Shown here in pieces: positions 1 through 8,511 of a stretch of 64,000 nt of DNA; position 1 is the stretch's first letter; each line of letters begins with the position of its first letter. The translations under genes and the position numbers were made by a program. A model generated the notes under the pieces. It did not search any database and was not told the origin of the DNA. It saw nothing but the letters and a program-made list of their open reading frames with translations. Source of the DNA: a virus (Duplodnaviria > Caudoviricetes); the IMG/VR virus record IMGVR_UViG_3300025295_000098, positions 14,600 through 78,599 of that record; one strand, written 5' to 3'.

Positions 1-119
1 AGTTCAGCGTTCACCGAGCGGTTGTTAGAATCGGCGACACGCTTGATGCGATCGCGCATCCCATCGGGAACGCGGATGATGATTTTATCCAGGAGGCGGC
101 TGGGGCTCTGGTCGCTCAT
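1..119 (-). CDS. Arc/ribbon-helix-helix DNA-binding protein (5' part; runs off the window)
   Basis: Manual translation from ATG at 119: MSDQSPSRLLDKIIIRVPDGMRDRIKRVADSNNRSVNAE, Arc-family signature; absent from ORF track. Confidence 0.8.
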   Translation of the reverse strand, partial: MSDQSPSRLLDKIIIRVPDGMRDRIKRVADSNNRSVNAE

Positions 120-242
120 AAACCAAGGCATACAAGCCGGGCTTAACCAAATAAATATTGGCCAGTGGCCATACACGCTCAAGGCGCTATGTTCGTTTTT
201 CATACTTAAAAGAGCACTGCCAAGTGCCTATGGAGCGATGAA

Positions 243-599
243 ATGAATGAACTATTCGCCTCGTTTGTGTCCCCCGAAAAAGTGATGTCTGGGAAGTTTC
301 GCGTCCACGCCATAGTTGGTGACGAGATGGAGCCAACGCTGCGCGCCGGCCGGGATTATGTCCTGACCGCACCGGTTACGACTTACGAGGGCGAGGGGCT
401 CTATTTGGTCGATATAGGTCTGGGCATCGAGCTCTTCCGCGTCACCAACACTCTCGGCCCGGCCGGCGAGCTGCTGCTGTCGCGGGAAAACGAGCACTAC
501 CCGCCCCGTCGCTTGCCGAGGCATGAGTTCAGTGACGCTGTCGTCGGGATCGTCGTCGCCGACATAAGGACGAGAGATGAACGGTTTCTCAGGCGCTAG
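243..599 (+). CDS. Stand-alone peptidase-S24-like domain lacking catalytic residues
   Basis: VGDEMEPTL...GEGLYLV resembles S24 GDSMxPT..GxYxx, but Ser is replaced by Glu and the VKRL Lys is not seen. Confidence 0.55.
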   Translation: MNELFASFVSPEKVMSGKFRVHAIVGDEMEPTLRAGRDYVLTAPVTTYEGEGLYLVDIGLGIELFRVTNTLGPAGELLLSRENEHYPPRRLPRHEFSDAVVGIVVADIRTRDERFLRR

Positions 600-1348
600 A
601 TCGTGAACCGCCCGATATAGCGGCCGATGATCTGGATCTCATCGAGGTTCAGGACGCGGGTCATGTGGCGGGGATTATCCGACGAGATCTGAACCGTGAT
701 AGTTTCGGAGCCTGGGCTCGATGTCACCTCCAGGCGTTTAACGACGACGCCGCCGAACTCATCGGCCAGCGCATAGACGCCTGGCGGCGATGGGACGCGA
801 TGGCGAGTGTCGATGAAAACGACGTCGCCGTCTTCGATCGTCGGCGTCATAGAATCTCCTCGCGATGGAAACGCGGCGACATGCGGAGCCTGGACACCCA
901 TGCGTCCGAGCATCCACTCCGGTAATCTCCAATGGTCCCTTACTGCCTCCTTGTGGAACGTGATCCCGTTCCGAGATGTGTTCTCGACGATAGCCATCCC
1001 ACCACCGCCCAAGCCGGCGATAAGGTCAATCTCTGGGATGTCCTTCCCGGCTGGCTGATTTGAGGGTTCGACGTGGTGATCGTCGTCATCGTCAGGATCA
1101 AAGCTCCGCACCAGAGCGTCGTCTCTCTTCGGCGGCTGGTTGAGCATCAGTGCTTCAACTGTGGTCCCGAGTAAGGGCGCCATCTTCTCAGCTCGATCCC
1201 TTTTCAGCTGGGAATGGTCATTTGCCAAGCGGTTCACCGTCGCGCGGGAAACATCCAGCGCTTCAGCGAGCTCCTCCTGTGAGCCAATATTTGATGCTTT
1301 CAGAAAAGGTTCGAGCCAGTTTTTCGACATGGCAATTTTATCCGCCAT
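596..1348 (-). CDS. cI: CI-like repressor (HTH + S24 autopeptidase)
   Basis: HTH QEELAEALDVSRATVNRL; S24 motifs GDSMTPT and VVVKRL; divergent from cro-like gene; start 1348 or 1330. Confidence 0.92.
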   Translation of the reverse strand: MADKIAMSKNWLEPFLKASNIGSQEELAEALDVSRATVNRLANDHSQLKRDRAEKMAPLLGTTVEALMLNQPPKRDDALVRSFDPDDDDDHHVEPSNQPAGKDIPEIDLIAGLGGGGMAIVENTSRNGITFHKEAVRDHWRLPEWMLGRMGVQAPHVAAFPSRGDSMTPTIEDGDVVFIDTRHRVPSPPGVYALADEFGGVVVKRLEVTSSPGSETITVQISSDNPRHMTRVLNLDEIQIIGRYIGRFTI

Positions 1349-1375
1349 CTCTGGCGAACGATCTATGCCATAAAA

Positions 1376-1418
1376 TGCTACACTGCCGTTGACAATCGCC
1401 GCGAAGTGTAGCAGTAAT
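1376..1418 (+). promoter_or_regulatory. pR-like promoter with flanking inverted-repeat operator
   Basis: TTGACA at 1389-1394, -10-like AGTAAT at 1413-1418; 9-bp inverted repeat TGCTACACT (1376-1384) / AGTGTAGCA (1405-1413). Confidence 0.7.
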
Positions 1419-1424
1419 TGCGAC

Positions 1425-1622
1425 ATGACCCTTGAAGATTACATCCATACGCACACCACTGTAACAGCTTTTGCGGCATTGCTGGGCAAGAGCCGGGCGC
1501 AAGTGCACCGGTACATGCGCGGTGAAAATCTGAGCAAGAGCGTCATCGAAGAGATTTGCCGCGTCACGGACGGGGCGGTCGAGCCGAAGTCATTTTTCGA
1601 AGCTGCGGAGAAGGCAGCATGA
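1425..1622 (+). CDS. cro: Cro-like HTH regulator
   Basis: 65-aa HTH (TAFAALLGKSRAQVHRY) divergent from cI; no SD before ATG 1425, possibly leaderless. Confidence 0.85.
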   Translation: MTLEDYIHTHTTVTAFAALLGKSRAQVHRYMRGENLSKSVIEEICRVTDGAVEPKSFFEAAEKAA

Positions 1623-2002
1623 GCGGGAAAATCTATTTCCTCCGGCCAGTCGGCATGATCGGTCCCATCAAGATCGGATTCGCTCAGAAACCCGCCAGAA
1701 GGCTCTCCTACTACATGAGCCTGTCGCCGTTCCCGCTTGAGCAGATCGCGGAATGCGCCGGTTCGATCCGTGAGGAGAGGGCTGTCCATAATCATTTCGC
1801 TGATTGCCTCAGCCATGCTGAGTGGTTCCACCCGATACCCAGGCTCCTTGAGGCGATTGCCGCCATCCAGACCGGCGCGCAACTTTCTGAGGCTATCGAT
1901 CTCGGTGATTTTCGCGGGAGCGCCCTTTCGAAGAAGCAGTTGGCAACTCGTGCGCAGAACGGAACCGCATCGAAGCGGTTGTCGACCGGGGTTGCAGCAT
2001 GA
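1619..2002 (+). CDS. GIY-YIG / T5orf172-like domain protein
   Basis: IYFL...IKIGFA..P..RL...E...HNHF...EWF pattern; ATGA overlap with cro. Confidence 0.8.
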   Translation: MSGKIYFLRPVGMIGPIKIGFAQKPARRLSYYMSLSPFPLEQIAECAGSIREERAVHNHFADCLSHAEWFHPIPRLLEAIAAIQTGAQLSEAIDLGDFRGSALSKKQLATRAQNGTASKRLSTGVAA

Positions 2003-2304
2003 CCGCCGACGGCCAGAGCATTCCCGAAGACATCATGAAGGCGGCCGAAGAGGCGTTGGATAACGTTCTCTGCAACTGCGTCGAGTCCTGCGGTGGCGCT
2101 GCTGGTCTCCGCAAGGCATCGATCGAGGAGATCGCGAAGGCAATCCTGGCTGAACGCGAGCGTATCGTCGCGCGCCTCAAGGAGGAGGCCGACCTCACTC
2201 CTTGCAGTGAAGACGCAATGGTAACGCGCTCCAACGCCCGCCTTATCGAAGCAGATTTCAGTTACGAAGAGGCTGAGCGCCTCGCCGAAAAAGAGGAGGC
2301 GTAA
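1999..2304 (+). CDS. Hypothetical phage protein
   Basis: ATGA-coupled ORF in early operon. Confidence 0.65.
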   Translation: MTADGQSIPEDIMKAAEEALDNVLCNCVESCGGAAGLRKASIEEIAKAILAERERIVARLKEEADLTPCSEDAMVTRSNARLIEADFSYEEAERLAEKEEA

Positions 2305-2307
2305 CTC

Positions 2308-3468
2308 ATGTCCGACGCGCATGGCGTAGCCCGCGACCAACTCCGCGCTTTCATCGAGCGCATTGAACGCCTCGAAGAAGAAAAGAAGACGATCGCCGAC
2401 GACATCAAGGATGTCTACGCCGAGGCCAAGGGCATGGGCTTCATCCCGGCCATGATGAAGAAGGTCATCGCTCTCCGCAAAAAGGACGAGATGGAGCGCA
2501 TGGAAGAGGAGGCGATCCTCGACACCTATCTCCATGCACTCGGCATGATCGCTCAGCATGATCTCTTCGAAGAGCCCACGCGTTCTGTTCCGGCGCACGA
2601 TCCCGAAACCGGCGAGATCCTCGAAGACATCAACCCGCGTCTCGTCAAGCAGGTCGTTGACGGCATGCAGACCGAAGCCGGTCGCAAGGCGCTGATCGCT
2701 GCTGTCGATATCGTGATCGAGCAGGAAGAGGCGGAAGAACAGAATTCGCCGGAAACGGCAACGAAGAGCGGAGTGGGACCGCTCCCCGGCGCAGCTGGAG
2801 CCGATGGCACCCACGAACCAGCAGAGGACGAGCGGGATGTTGAAGCCGCTGGTAGAGCAGCGCTCGTCCTCACCAATTCCCAATCGGATGACGACGCATT
2901 CGCTGAAGTGAAGGGCAGAGCCCGACTTGCGAACGTCAATGACGTTGAACCGTCGTCGTCCGGCCAATCGTCCGATCAACCTCTCACAGGAGGCGATCAT
3001 GTAAACGCTGAGCAGAACGCCGCAACCTTGAACAACCGACTGGACGGTGTGTCTGTCCAGTCGGCCGACCGGGTCACCTTCGAAACATGCCCTCGCATGC
3101 CGATGAAGTCCCTGAGCTATGCTCACTGCTTCCCGGAACTGACCAAGACCGAATACCAGTGCCTTGCCGGCGATATCGCCCTCAATGGCGTGCTGGAACC
3201 GATCATCCGCATGAGAGACATCATCGTCGACGGCTGGAACCGCTACAACGCGGCTCGCTCGCTCGGCATCGAGTACCCCGTGAGGAATTACAGCGGCGAC
3301 GATGTCCTGGTCGACGTCATCTCCTGGCAGCGCGCCGCGCGAAATTGGACGCCTGAGCAGGAGCGCAAGATCGCGGCCACGCTTTCGAAGATCGTCCCGC
3401 ATCGTTCCAACGATATCTGGGCCGCATTTCATCTGGCGCCGACCTCTGGCGAAGTGGTGGCCGCATGA
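2308..3468 (+). CDS. GapR-like (DUF2312/UPF0335) domain fused to ParB/Srx-like domain
   Basis: N-term [35 protein letters not shown]; C-term [11 protein letters not shown]...[11 protein letters not shown]. Confidence 0.8.
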   Translation: MSDAHGVARDQLRAFIERIERLEEEKKTIADDIKDVYAEAKGMGFIPAMMKKVIALRKKDEMERMEEEAILDTYLHALGMIAQHDLFEEPTRSVPAHDPETGEILEDINPRLVKQVVDGMQTEAGRKALIAAVDIVIEQEEAEEQNSPETATKSGVGPLPGAAGADGTHEPAEDERDVEAAGRAALVLTNSQSDDDAFAEVKGRARLANVNDVEPSSSGQSSDQPLTGGDHVNAEQNAATLNNRLDGVSVQSADRVTFETCPRMPMKSLSYAHCFPELTKTEYQCLAGDIALNGVLEPIIRMRDIIVDGWNRYNAARSLGIEYPVRNYSGDDVLVDVISWQRAARNWTPEQERKIAATLSKIVPHRSNDIWAAFHLAPTSGEVVAA

Positions 3469-3839
3469 ACGCGAAAGAATTCCGCGAAGCGCTCACCAAG
3501 ATCATGCCCGGTTATGACTGGACGGTCCACAAGACGCCGAAGTCGTTCGCAAGCATAGGCTTGGGCTATCTGGAGGCAACAGGCATCCAGAGCAGCGGCT
3601 TCAATCGCCTTTCCACGCTGTCGGTCGCCCGACGCGAAAAAGATGGCGTCGTCACCTTCGAGGCTAAATCCGCAGGATATGGGACGCGCGCCAAATGGCT
3701 GCACGTCTACACCGACACGACGTTGGCTCGCGCGCTGCGTGGTCTGCAAGACTACTACGAATATATGGCCAACACGTACGGAGGTCACGCCAGGGCCCTC
3801 CAAAATGCGCGGAAAGCAACTGGTGAGGTAGCAGCATGA
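3465..3839 (+). CDS. Hypothetical phage protein
   Basis: ATGA-coupled ORF. Confidence 0.7.
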   Translation: MNAKEFREALTKIMPGYDWTVHKTPKSFASIGLGYLEATGIQSSGFNRLSTLSVARREKDGVVTFEAKSAGYGTRAKWLHVYTDTTLARALRGLQDYYEYMANTYGGHARALQNARKATGEVAA

Positions 3840-4156
3840 TTGACGCTCCTCGCATCCAATCCCGCTCCGAACTGACTGCCATGATCATAGACTTCACGTC
3901 GAAGGGTGGCGCGGTGCGCGAGTTCAAGCGCGGTTTCACCAGCGATTGGAGATACCTGCGGGATCTCCTCCAAGGCTTCGGATACGAAGTGAAGATCGAA
4001 AAGTCCTGGTACATCGTTCGCAAGATCGGCCAGGGAGGTCGCCCGAAGCGCCTCGGCCGGACCGCCGCGATAAAGGCGATCGACGAGATCCTCGTCGCCC
4101 ATGGCCTTCAGCCTTTCATGATCACCAAACACGAATTTTTGGAGGCACGCCCATGA
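3836..4156 (+). CDS. Hypothetical phage protein
   Basis: ATGA-coupled ORF. Confidence 0.7.
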   Translation: MIDAPRIQSRSELTAMIIDFTSKGGAVREFKRGFTSDWRYLRDLLQGFGYEVKIEKSWYIVRKIGQGGRPKRLGRTAAIKAIDEILVAHGLQPFMITKHEFLEARP

Positions 4157-4329
4157 CCGCATCCGTAGATGCCGAACGCCGCGTTCAGAAGCAGGCTGTT
4201 CGTTTTGCAACGTTTCACTGCTGCCCGGCATGCGCCCGTGTCCTCTCGATACCCGAAATCATTGAGCGTCACTGCGAGCGCTGCGACGCCGCGACCACGC
4301 CGAAAGAAATAACCGAGGAAGCAGCATGA
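4153..4329 (+). CDS. Small Cys-rich (zinc-finger-like) protein, 58 aa
   Basis: CCPACA...CERCD; GGAGG RBS; ATGA coupling at both ends. Confidence 0.65.
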   Translation: MTASVDAERRVQKQAVRFATFHCCPACARVLSIPEIIERHCERCDAATTPKEITEEAA

Positions 4330-4484
4330 GCACGTTTATCGGTCATCTCTGTTTGTGGCTCATCGTCGGACACTTCGCCTTCTGCGTCGTCTTCGCTCTG
4401 GCTGCGGCGCGTGGTTCCAGCCGCATCAGCCGGAATGAAGAGGCTGGCGCCTATCGCAGCAGGCATCCCGCGAACACGAATTGA
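4326..4484 (+). CDS. Small single-TM protein, 52 aa
   Basis: MSTFIGHLCLWLIVGHFAFCVVFALAAA...; ATGA-coupled; below ORF-track cutoff. Confidence 0.55.
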   Translation: MSTFIGHLCLWLIVGHFAFCVVFALAAARGSSRISRNEEAGAYRSRHPANTN

Positions 4485-4549
4485 CGGGTTACCCCCTCCG
4501 CCCGTCACCGCTGGTCCCGGTCATCCTCCTCCCGAGCGCCGGGACCAGC
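4482..4549 (+). ncRNA. Cuckoo-like (CCUCCUCCC-loop) tandem stem-loop RNA candidate
   Basis: Stem TGACGGG/CCCGTCA (4482-4507) with CCCCCTCC loop; stem GCTGGTCCCGG/CCGGGACCAGC (4510-4549) with CCTCCTCCC at 4525-4533. Confidence 0.55.
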
Positions 4550-4837
4550 AACCCGAATACGGACCCGCTTATTCGCCAGTCGCATGACGACGGCTTGAGT
4601 GGCGGACCCAAGACTTTCGAAAGGTGCCGAAGCCTCCGGCGGAGAGGCTTCGGCGGCAGGGCGAGGCGGAACAGACGCCCTGCGAGTGAATGGAATGACG
4701 GCATCCAGGCGGCGGTCTGGGCCGACGACAGAGGGCGAAGGCCCGGCAAGGCTTTCCTCTCTGTCGTCATCGATATCGGTCCTGCGCATCTGAAGCTCCT
4801 CTGAACAAGGGCGAAAGTAACGCAGGGAGTTTCGGAA

Positions 4838-5209
4838 ATGCCCGAAAAGGCTTCGGAGAAATCAGAAATGAGTACCGTTGAGTTTTGTCAGAGAGCTTTG
4901 AGAGAGGAGATTGCGCCTCCCAGTATCGGCGCGAAGCTGGAACGTATCCGGCACGCATCTCGTCAGCTTGGCTGGTCTTACACCAGGACCAAGGACGCTT
5001 GGTACGCCGATCCCAGAATGTCGATCAAGCCCCATGAGCTGTTCCGCGTCGAGGCGGTCAGCGGGCTCACCTATGCACGCGAGGAGATGCGGGAAAATGA
5101 CCGAGCAATCGAAAGAGCCGAGGCTCTCCTCGGCGGGGAGGATACGCGTCTCGTTCGCACGTTGGTTGCTGCGGTACGCGAGGCGCTTGGCCTACGCAAT
5201 CGCGCCTGA
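4838..5209 (+). CDS. Hypothetical phage protein
   Basis: ORF with phage-like codon pattern; start 4838 or 4869. Confidence 0.65.
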   Translation: MPEKASEKSEMSTVEFCQRALREEIAPPSIGAKLERIRHASRQLGWSYTRTKDAWYADPRMSIKPHELFRVEAVSGLTYAREEMRENDRAIERAEALLGGEDTRLVRTLVAAVREALGLRNRA

Positions 5210-5232
5210 GATCAAGGACGAGGGGACGAAAG

Positions 5233-7374
5233 ATGCAGAATAGTGCGCCGTTGATCGTTGATAGCTTCGCAGGTGGCGGCGGTGCGTCGACCGGTATCGA
5301 GATGGCTCTTGGCCGCTCGCCCGACATCGCGATCAACCACAATGCTGATGCGCTGGCTCTTCACGCTGCCAACCATCCAGAAACGCTGCATCTTTCCGAG
5401 AATATCTTCAAGGTTGATCCTCTCGATCACGTCGCCGGCAAGCATGTCGGTCTCGCCTGGTTCTCTCCCGACTGCAAACACTTCTCGAAGGCCAAGGGCG
5501 GCAAACCAGTCGAGCGCAACATCCGAGATCTGGCCTGGATCATCGTCCTCTGGGCCGAGCGCGCGAAGCCTGACGTCATCATCATGGAGAACGTCGAGGA
5601 GTGGAAGGAATGGGGTCCGCTTATCGAAACCCCACGCGGGCTGATGCCTTGCCCTGACAGCCGGGGCCAGACCTTCAAGAAGTGGTGCAAGGCGATGAAG
5701 CGGGCTGGTTACAAGCTGCAGCATCGTGAGCTTCGCGCCTGCGATTATGGCGCGCCTACCATCCGCAAGCGGCTCTTCGTCGTCGCGCGTCGAGACGGCC
5801 AGCCGATCGTATGGCCGGAGCCGACCCATGGCGCGCCGACCGATCGCGATGTCATCGCCGGCAAGAAGCTTCCATGGCGCACGGCGGCCGAGATCATCGA
5901 CTGGTCGCTTCCTTGCCCATCGATCTTCGACACTTCAAACGAGATCATGGCGAAGTTCGGTCTCCGCGCGATCCGCCCTCTGGCTGACGCGACGATGGCC
6001 CGCGTTGCCCGCGGCACGAAGCGTTATGTTCTCGATTCAGCGCGGCCGTTTCTCGTCCAAACTGGCTATGGCGAGCGCCGAGGTCAGGATCCTCGGTGCT
6101 TGGATGGTGACGCTCCGCTCGGTACCGTCGTCGCCGGCGGGGTCAAGCATGCGGTCATCTCGCCTTCCGTTACGCGCTTCAACACCGGCGCGACCGGGAG
6201 CGCGATGGACGAGCCTGTTCCGACCGTCACTGCCAACAGCCATATCAAGAAGCCCGGCGGTGCTGCGCCTCTTGGGATGATCGCTCCGAGCCTGTCTGTC
6301 TTCTATGGTTCTGGCGCCGGCGGCAAGGATCGGTCTGCCAGCGCCGAAGAGCCGGTGAGGGTGGTCACGACCGAAAACCGCCATGCGGTGGTCGCGCCGC
6401 ACCTTATGACGATGCGGAATTCTGGCAAGCCGTTCAACGGTGCTGACGAGCCGACACATACGATCACCGCAGGCGGTGCTGGCCTGTCCGTCGTCGCGCC
6501 CGTGCTGACCTATGCCCAGCAGGGAGGTGCAAACCGCTCAGTCGAGGATCCACACCACACCATCACAGCCAGCAAGAAAGACCAGAACGCCGTCATCATC
6601 CCGACGCTGGTCGGATGCGGTGGCCGGGCAGGGCAGTCCCGTCCCCGCGGCGGCGACGAGCCGATGGCTACGGTTACCGCGAAGGCCGACGTCTGCACGG
6701 CCGCCGTCTTTGTCGCCCAGCACAACAACGACAGCCGTCGTATCGGCGGCGTCAATCCCGGCCGGGCGGCTGATGAGCCGATATCGACTGTAACCTCAAC
6801 CGGCGCGCAGCAAGGCCTTGTGTCCGCTTTCGTGTCGCGCCAGTTCGGTGTCGGTATCGGCCAGGGGGTCGATGAGCCGTCGGCCACGGTCACTGCGGGT
6901 GTGAACAAGTCGGCGCTCGTCGCTCCGCACCTGCATGCCTACTACGGGTCTGACCAGGACACGCCTGAAGATGAGCCGTTCCACACGCTGACGACGAAGC
7001 CGCGCTTCAGCCACGTCGAGGCTTCAATCAGCGCACCGCCTTTCACCGAAGACCAGCACTCACGGGCGCGCGAAGTAGCGGAATTCCTGCGATCCTATGG
7101 CTTCTGGGATGATCGCCAGTTTGTCACCCTGACCATCGGCGACGCCGAGTTCGTCATCGTCGACATCGGCATGCGCATGCTCACGCCGCGCGAGCTCTAC
7201 TCCGCTCAGGGTTTCCCGGTCGATTACAAGATCGACGCCGATGCCAACGGCAGACCTTTTCCGAAGAACGTCCAGGTCTCATGCGTCGGCAATTCCGTGT
7301 CGCCGCCCGTCGCCGCCGCGATCGTGGCCGCCAACTGCAATCACCTCATCGAATATCGCGAGGCGGCCGAATGA
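5233..7374 (+). CDS. C5-cytosine DNA methyltransferase with repeat-expanded variable region
   Basis: Motif I FAGGGG, motif IV SPDCKHFS, motif VI ENV, VIII RKRLF, IX RMLTPREL, X GNSVSPP. Confidence 0.95.
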   Translation: MQNSAPLIVDSFAGGGGASTGIEMALGRSPDIAINHNADALALHAANHPETLHLSENIFKVDPLDHVAGKHVGLAWFSPDCKHFSKAKGGKPVERNIRDLAWIIVLWAERAKPDVIIMENVEEWKEWGPLIETPRGLMPCPDSRGQTFKKWCKAMKRAGYKLQHRELRACDYGAPTIRKRLFVVARRDGQPIVWPEPTHGAPTDRDVIAGKKLPWRTAAEIIDWSLPCPSIFDTSNEIMAKFGLRAIRPLADATMARVARGTKRYVLDSARPFLVQTGYGERRGQDPRCLDGDAPLGTVVAGGVKHAVISPSVTRFNTGATGSAMDEPVPTVTANSHIKKPGGAAPLGMIAPSLSVFYGSGAGGKDRSASAEEPVRVVTTENRHAVVAPHLMTMRNSGKPFNGADEPTHTITAGGAGLSVVAPVLTYAQQGGANRSVEDPHHTITASKKDQNAVIIPTLVGCGGRAGQSRPRGGDEPMATVTAKADVCTAAVFVAQHNNDSRRIGGVNPGRAADEPISTVTSTGAQQGLVSAFVSRQFGVGIGQGVDEPSATVTAGVNKSALVAPHLHAYYGSDQDTPEDEPFHTLTTKPRFSHVEASISAPPFTEDQHSRAREVAEFLRSYGFWDDRQFVTLTIGDAEFVIVDIGMRMLTPRELYSAQGFPVDYKIDADANGRPFPKNVQVSCVGNSVSPPVAAAIVAANCNHLIEYREAAE
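6100..7020 (+). repeat. About nine 33-39 aa repeats (xxDEPxxTvTa...avv) inside the C5-MTase
   Basis: GDAPLGTVVA, MDEPVPTVTA, AEEPVRVVTT, ADEPTHTITA, VEDPHHTITA, GDEPMATVTA, ADEPISTVTS, VDEPSATVTA, EDEPFHTLTT. Confidence 0.85.
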
Positions 7375-7571
7375 CCCCTCCCGAAGAGATGATCGCCTGG
7401 CTCGATCGCCGCATCGCCTCCGCCATGACATGGCTCGACGACCACGGCAAAGGCTCTAAGCGTCCTCGTCCTCAGCACGAGATCGAAACGAAGGAATACG
7501 ACATCGCCCGCTTTGAAGAGATCAAGGCGGCGTATGTGAAGGCGCTTGAGCGGAAAGGGCAGGCTACATGA
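7371..7571 (+). CDS. Hypothetical phage protein
   Basis: ATGA-coupled 66-aa ORF MTPPEEMIAWLDRR. Confidence 0.65.
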   Translation: MTPPEEMIAWLDRRIASAMTWLDDHGKGSKRPRPQHEIETKEYDIARFEEIKAAYVKALERKGQAT

Positions 7572-8359
7572 GCCAGTCAAACCGGCAGATAAAATTCTAT
7601 GTCGGGCTTCACCAGCCGGCGGATGCCAAGCATTTCGATTTGGCCTGCATCAGCATCAATCGCCTGCGTCGGCGGAAGAAGAAGGTTCCGTGTGGCGATG
7701 TCCTAGTCGATAGCGGTGCCTTCACCGAACTTTCAAAGCACGGTGCTTATAGGCACTCGGTCGAGGAATATGCCGCTGAGCTTTATCGGCTCTATAGCAC
7801 GGGCGTTGTCCACATCGCCGCGGCGGTCGCTCAAGATTATATGTGTGAGCCCTTCATCCTGGCAAAGACTGGGATGACGATAGAAGATCATCAGCGGTTG
7901 ACGATCGAGCGCTACGACTGGCTGCTCGCCGAGTTGGGCCGGTTGTTCCATGGGAAGGTCCCATTCCACGTCATGCCCGTTCTTCAGGGTTTCGCGCCGC
8001 AGGACTATGCCAATCACGTCCGGATGTATGGCGATAGACTGAAGAACGGCATGTGGGTCGGCGTCGGTTCGGTCTGCAAGCGACAGGGAGATCCCCGGTC
8101 GATCATCGCCGTTCTGCAGTCGATCTATGCCGCCCGGCCTGATCTTGCTCTGCATGGCTTCGGCGTCAAGAAGACGTCACTGCTCCATCCTGGAGTTTGC
8201 GAATTGCTTTCCACCGCCGACAGCATGGCGTGGAGCTACGCAGCTCGCAAGCAGGACAGGGATTCCAATGATTGGCGCGAGGCGAAATCCTTCGTTGAGA
8301 CGATCCTCGACGCCGCCGGCCAGATTTTCAAGCCATGGCAGTTGGAGATGTTCGCATGA
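7568..8359 (+). CDS. tRNA-guanine transglycosylase-fold protein (DpdA-like deazaguanine DNA modification candidate)
   Basis: TGT motifs VLVDSGAF, QDYMCEP, PVLQG, GVGSVC, LHGFG, TADSMAW. Confidence 0.75.
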   Translation: MSQSNRQIKFYVGLHQPADAKHFDLACISINRLRRRKKKVPCGDVLVDSGAFTELSKHGAYRHSVEEYAAELYRLYSTGVVHIAAAVAQDYMCEPFILAKTGMTIEDHQRLTIERYDWLLAELGRLFHGKVPFHVMPVLQGFAPQDYANHVRMYGDRLKNGMWVGVGSVCKRQGDPRSIIAVLQSIYAARPDLALHGFGVKKTSLLHPGVCELLSTADSMAWSYAARKQDRDSNDWREAKSFVETILDAAGQIFKPWQLEMFA

Positions 8360-8511
8360 TCAGCGCGGCAGATATCGAGAAGGCTTTCAGCGAGCGCGTC
8401 CCGTACGCCATTGCGACCTATAGCGCGGACAGCAAGACCGCCAAGCGCGATCCGTCGAAGGCCGAGATCAAAGCGCGACTACTATCCCTGTTGGAGAGGG
8501 TGGCAGCATGA
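8356..8511 (+). CDS. Small hypothetical protein, 51 aa
   Basis: ATGA-coupled on both sides. Confidence 0.5.
   Translation: MISAADIEKAFSERVPYAIATYSADSKTAKRDPSKAEIKARLLSLLERVAA

Noticed and set aside
1792-3432. 546-aa minus-strand ORF and other long antisense ORFs (e.g. 22460-23707, 24029-25153, 32429-33448, 34404-35522)
   Set aside because: Shadow ORFs opposite well-supported genes in high-GC3 DNA; no recognisable motifs
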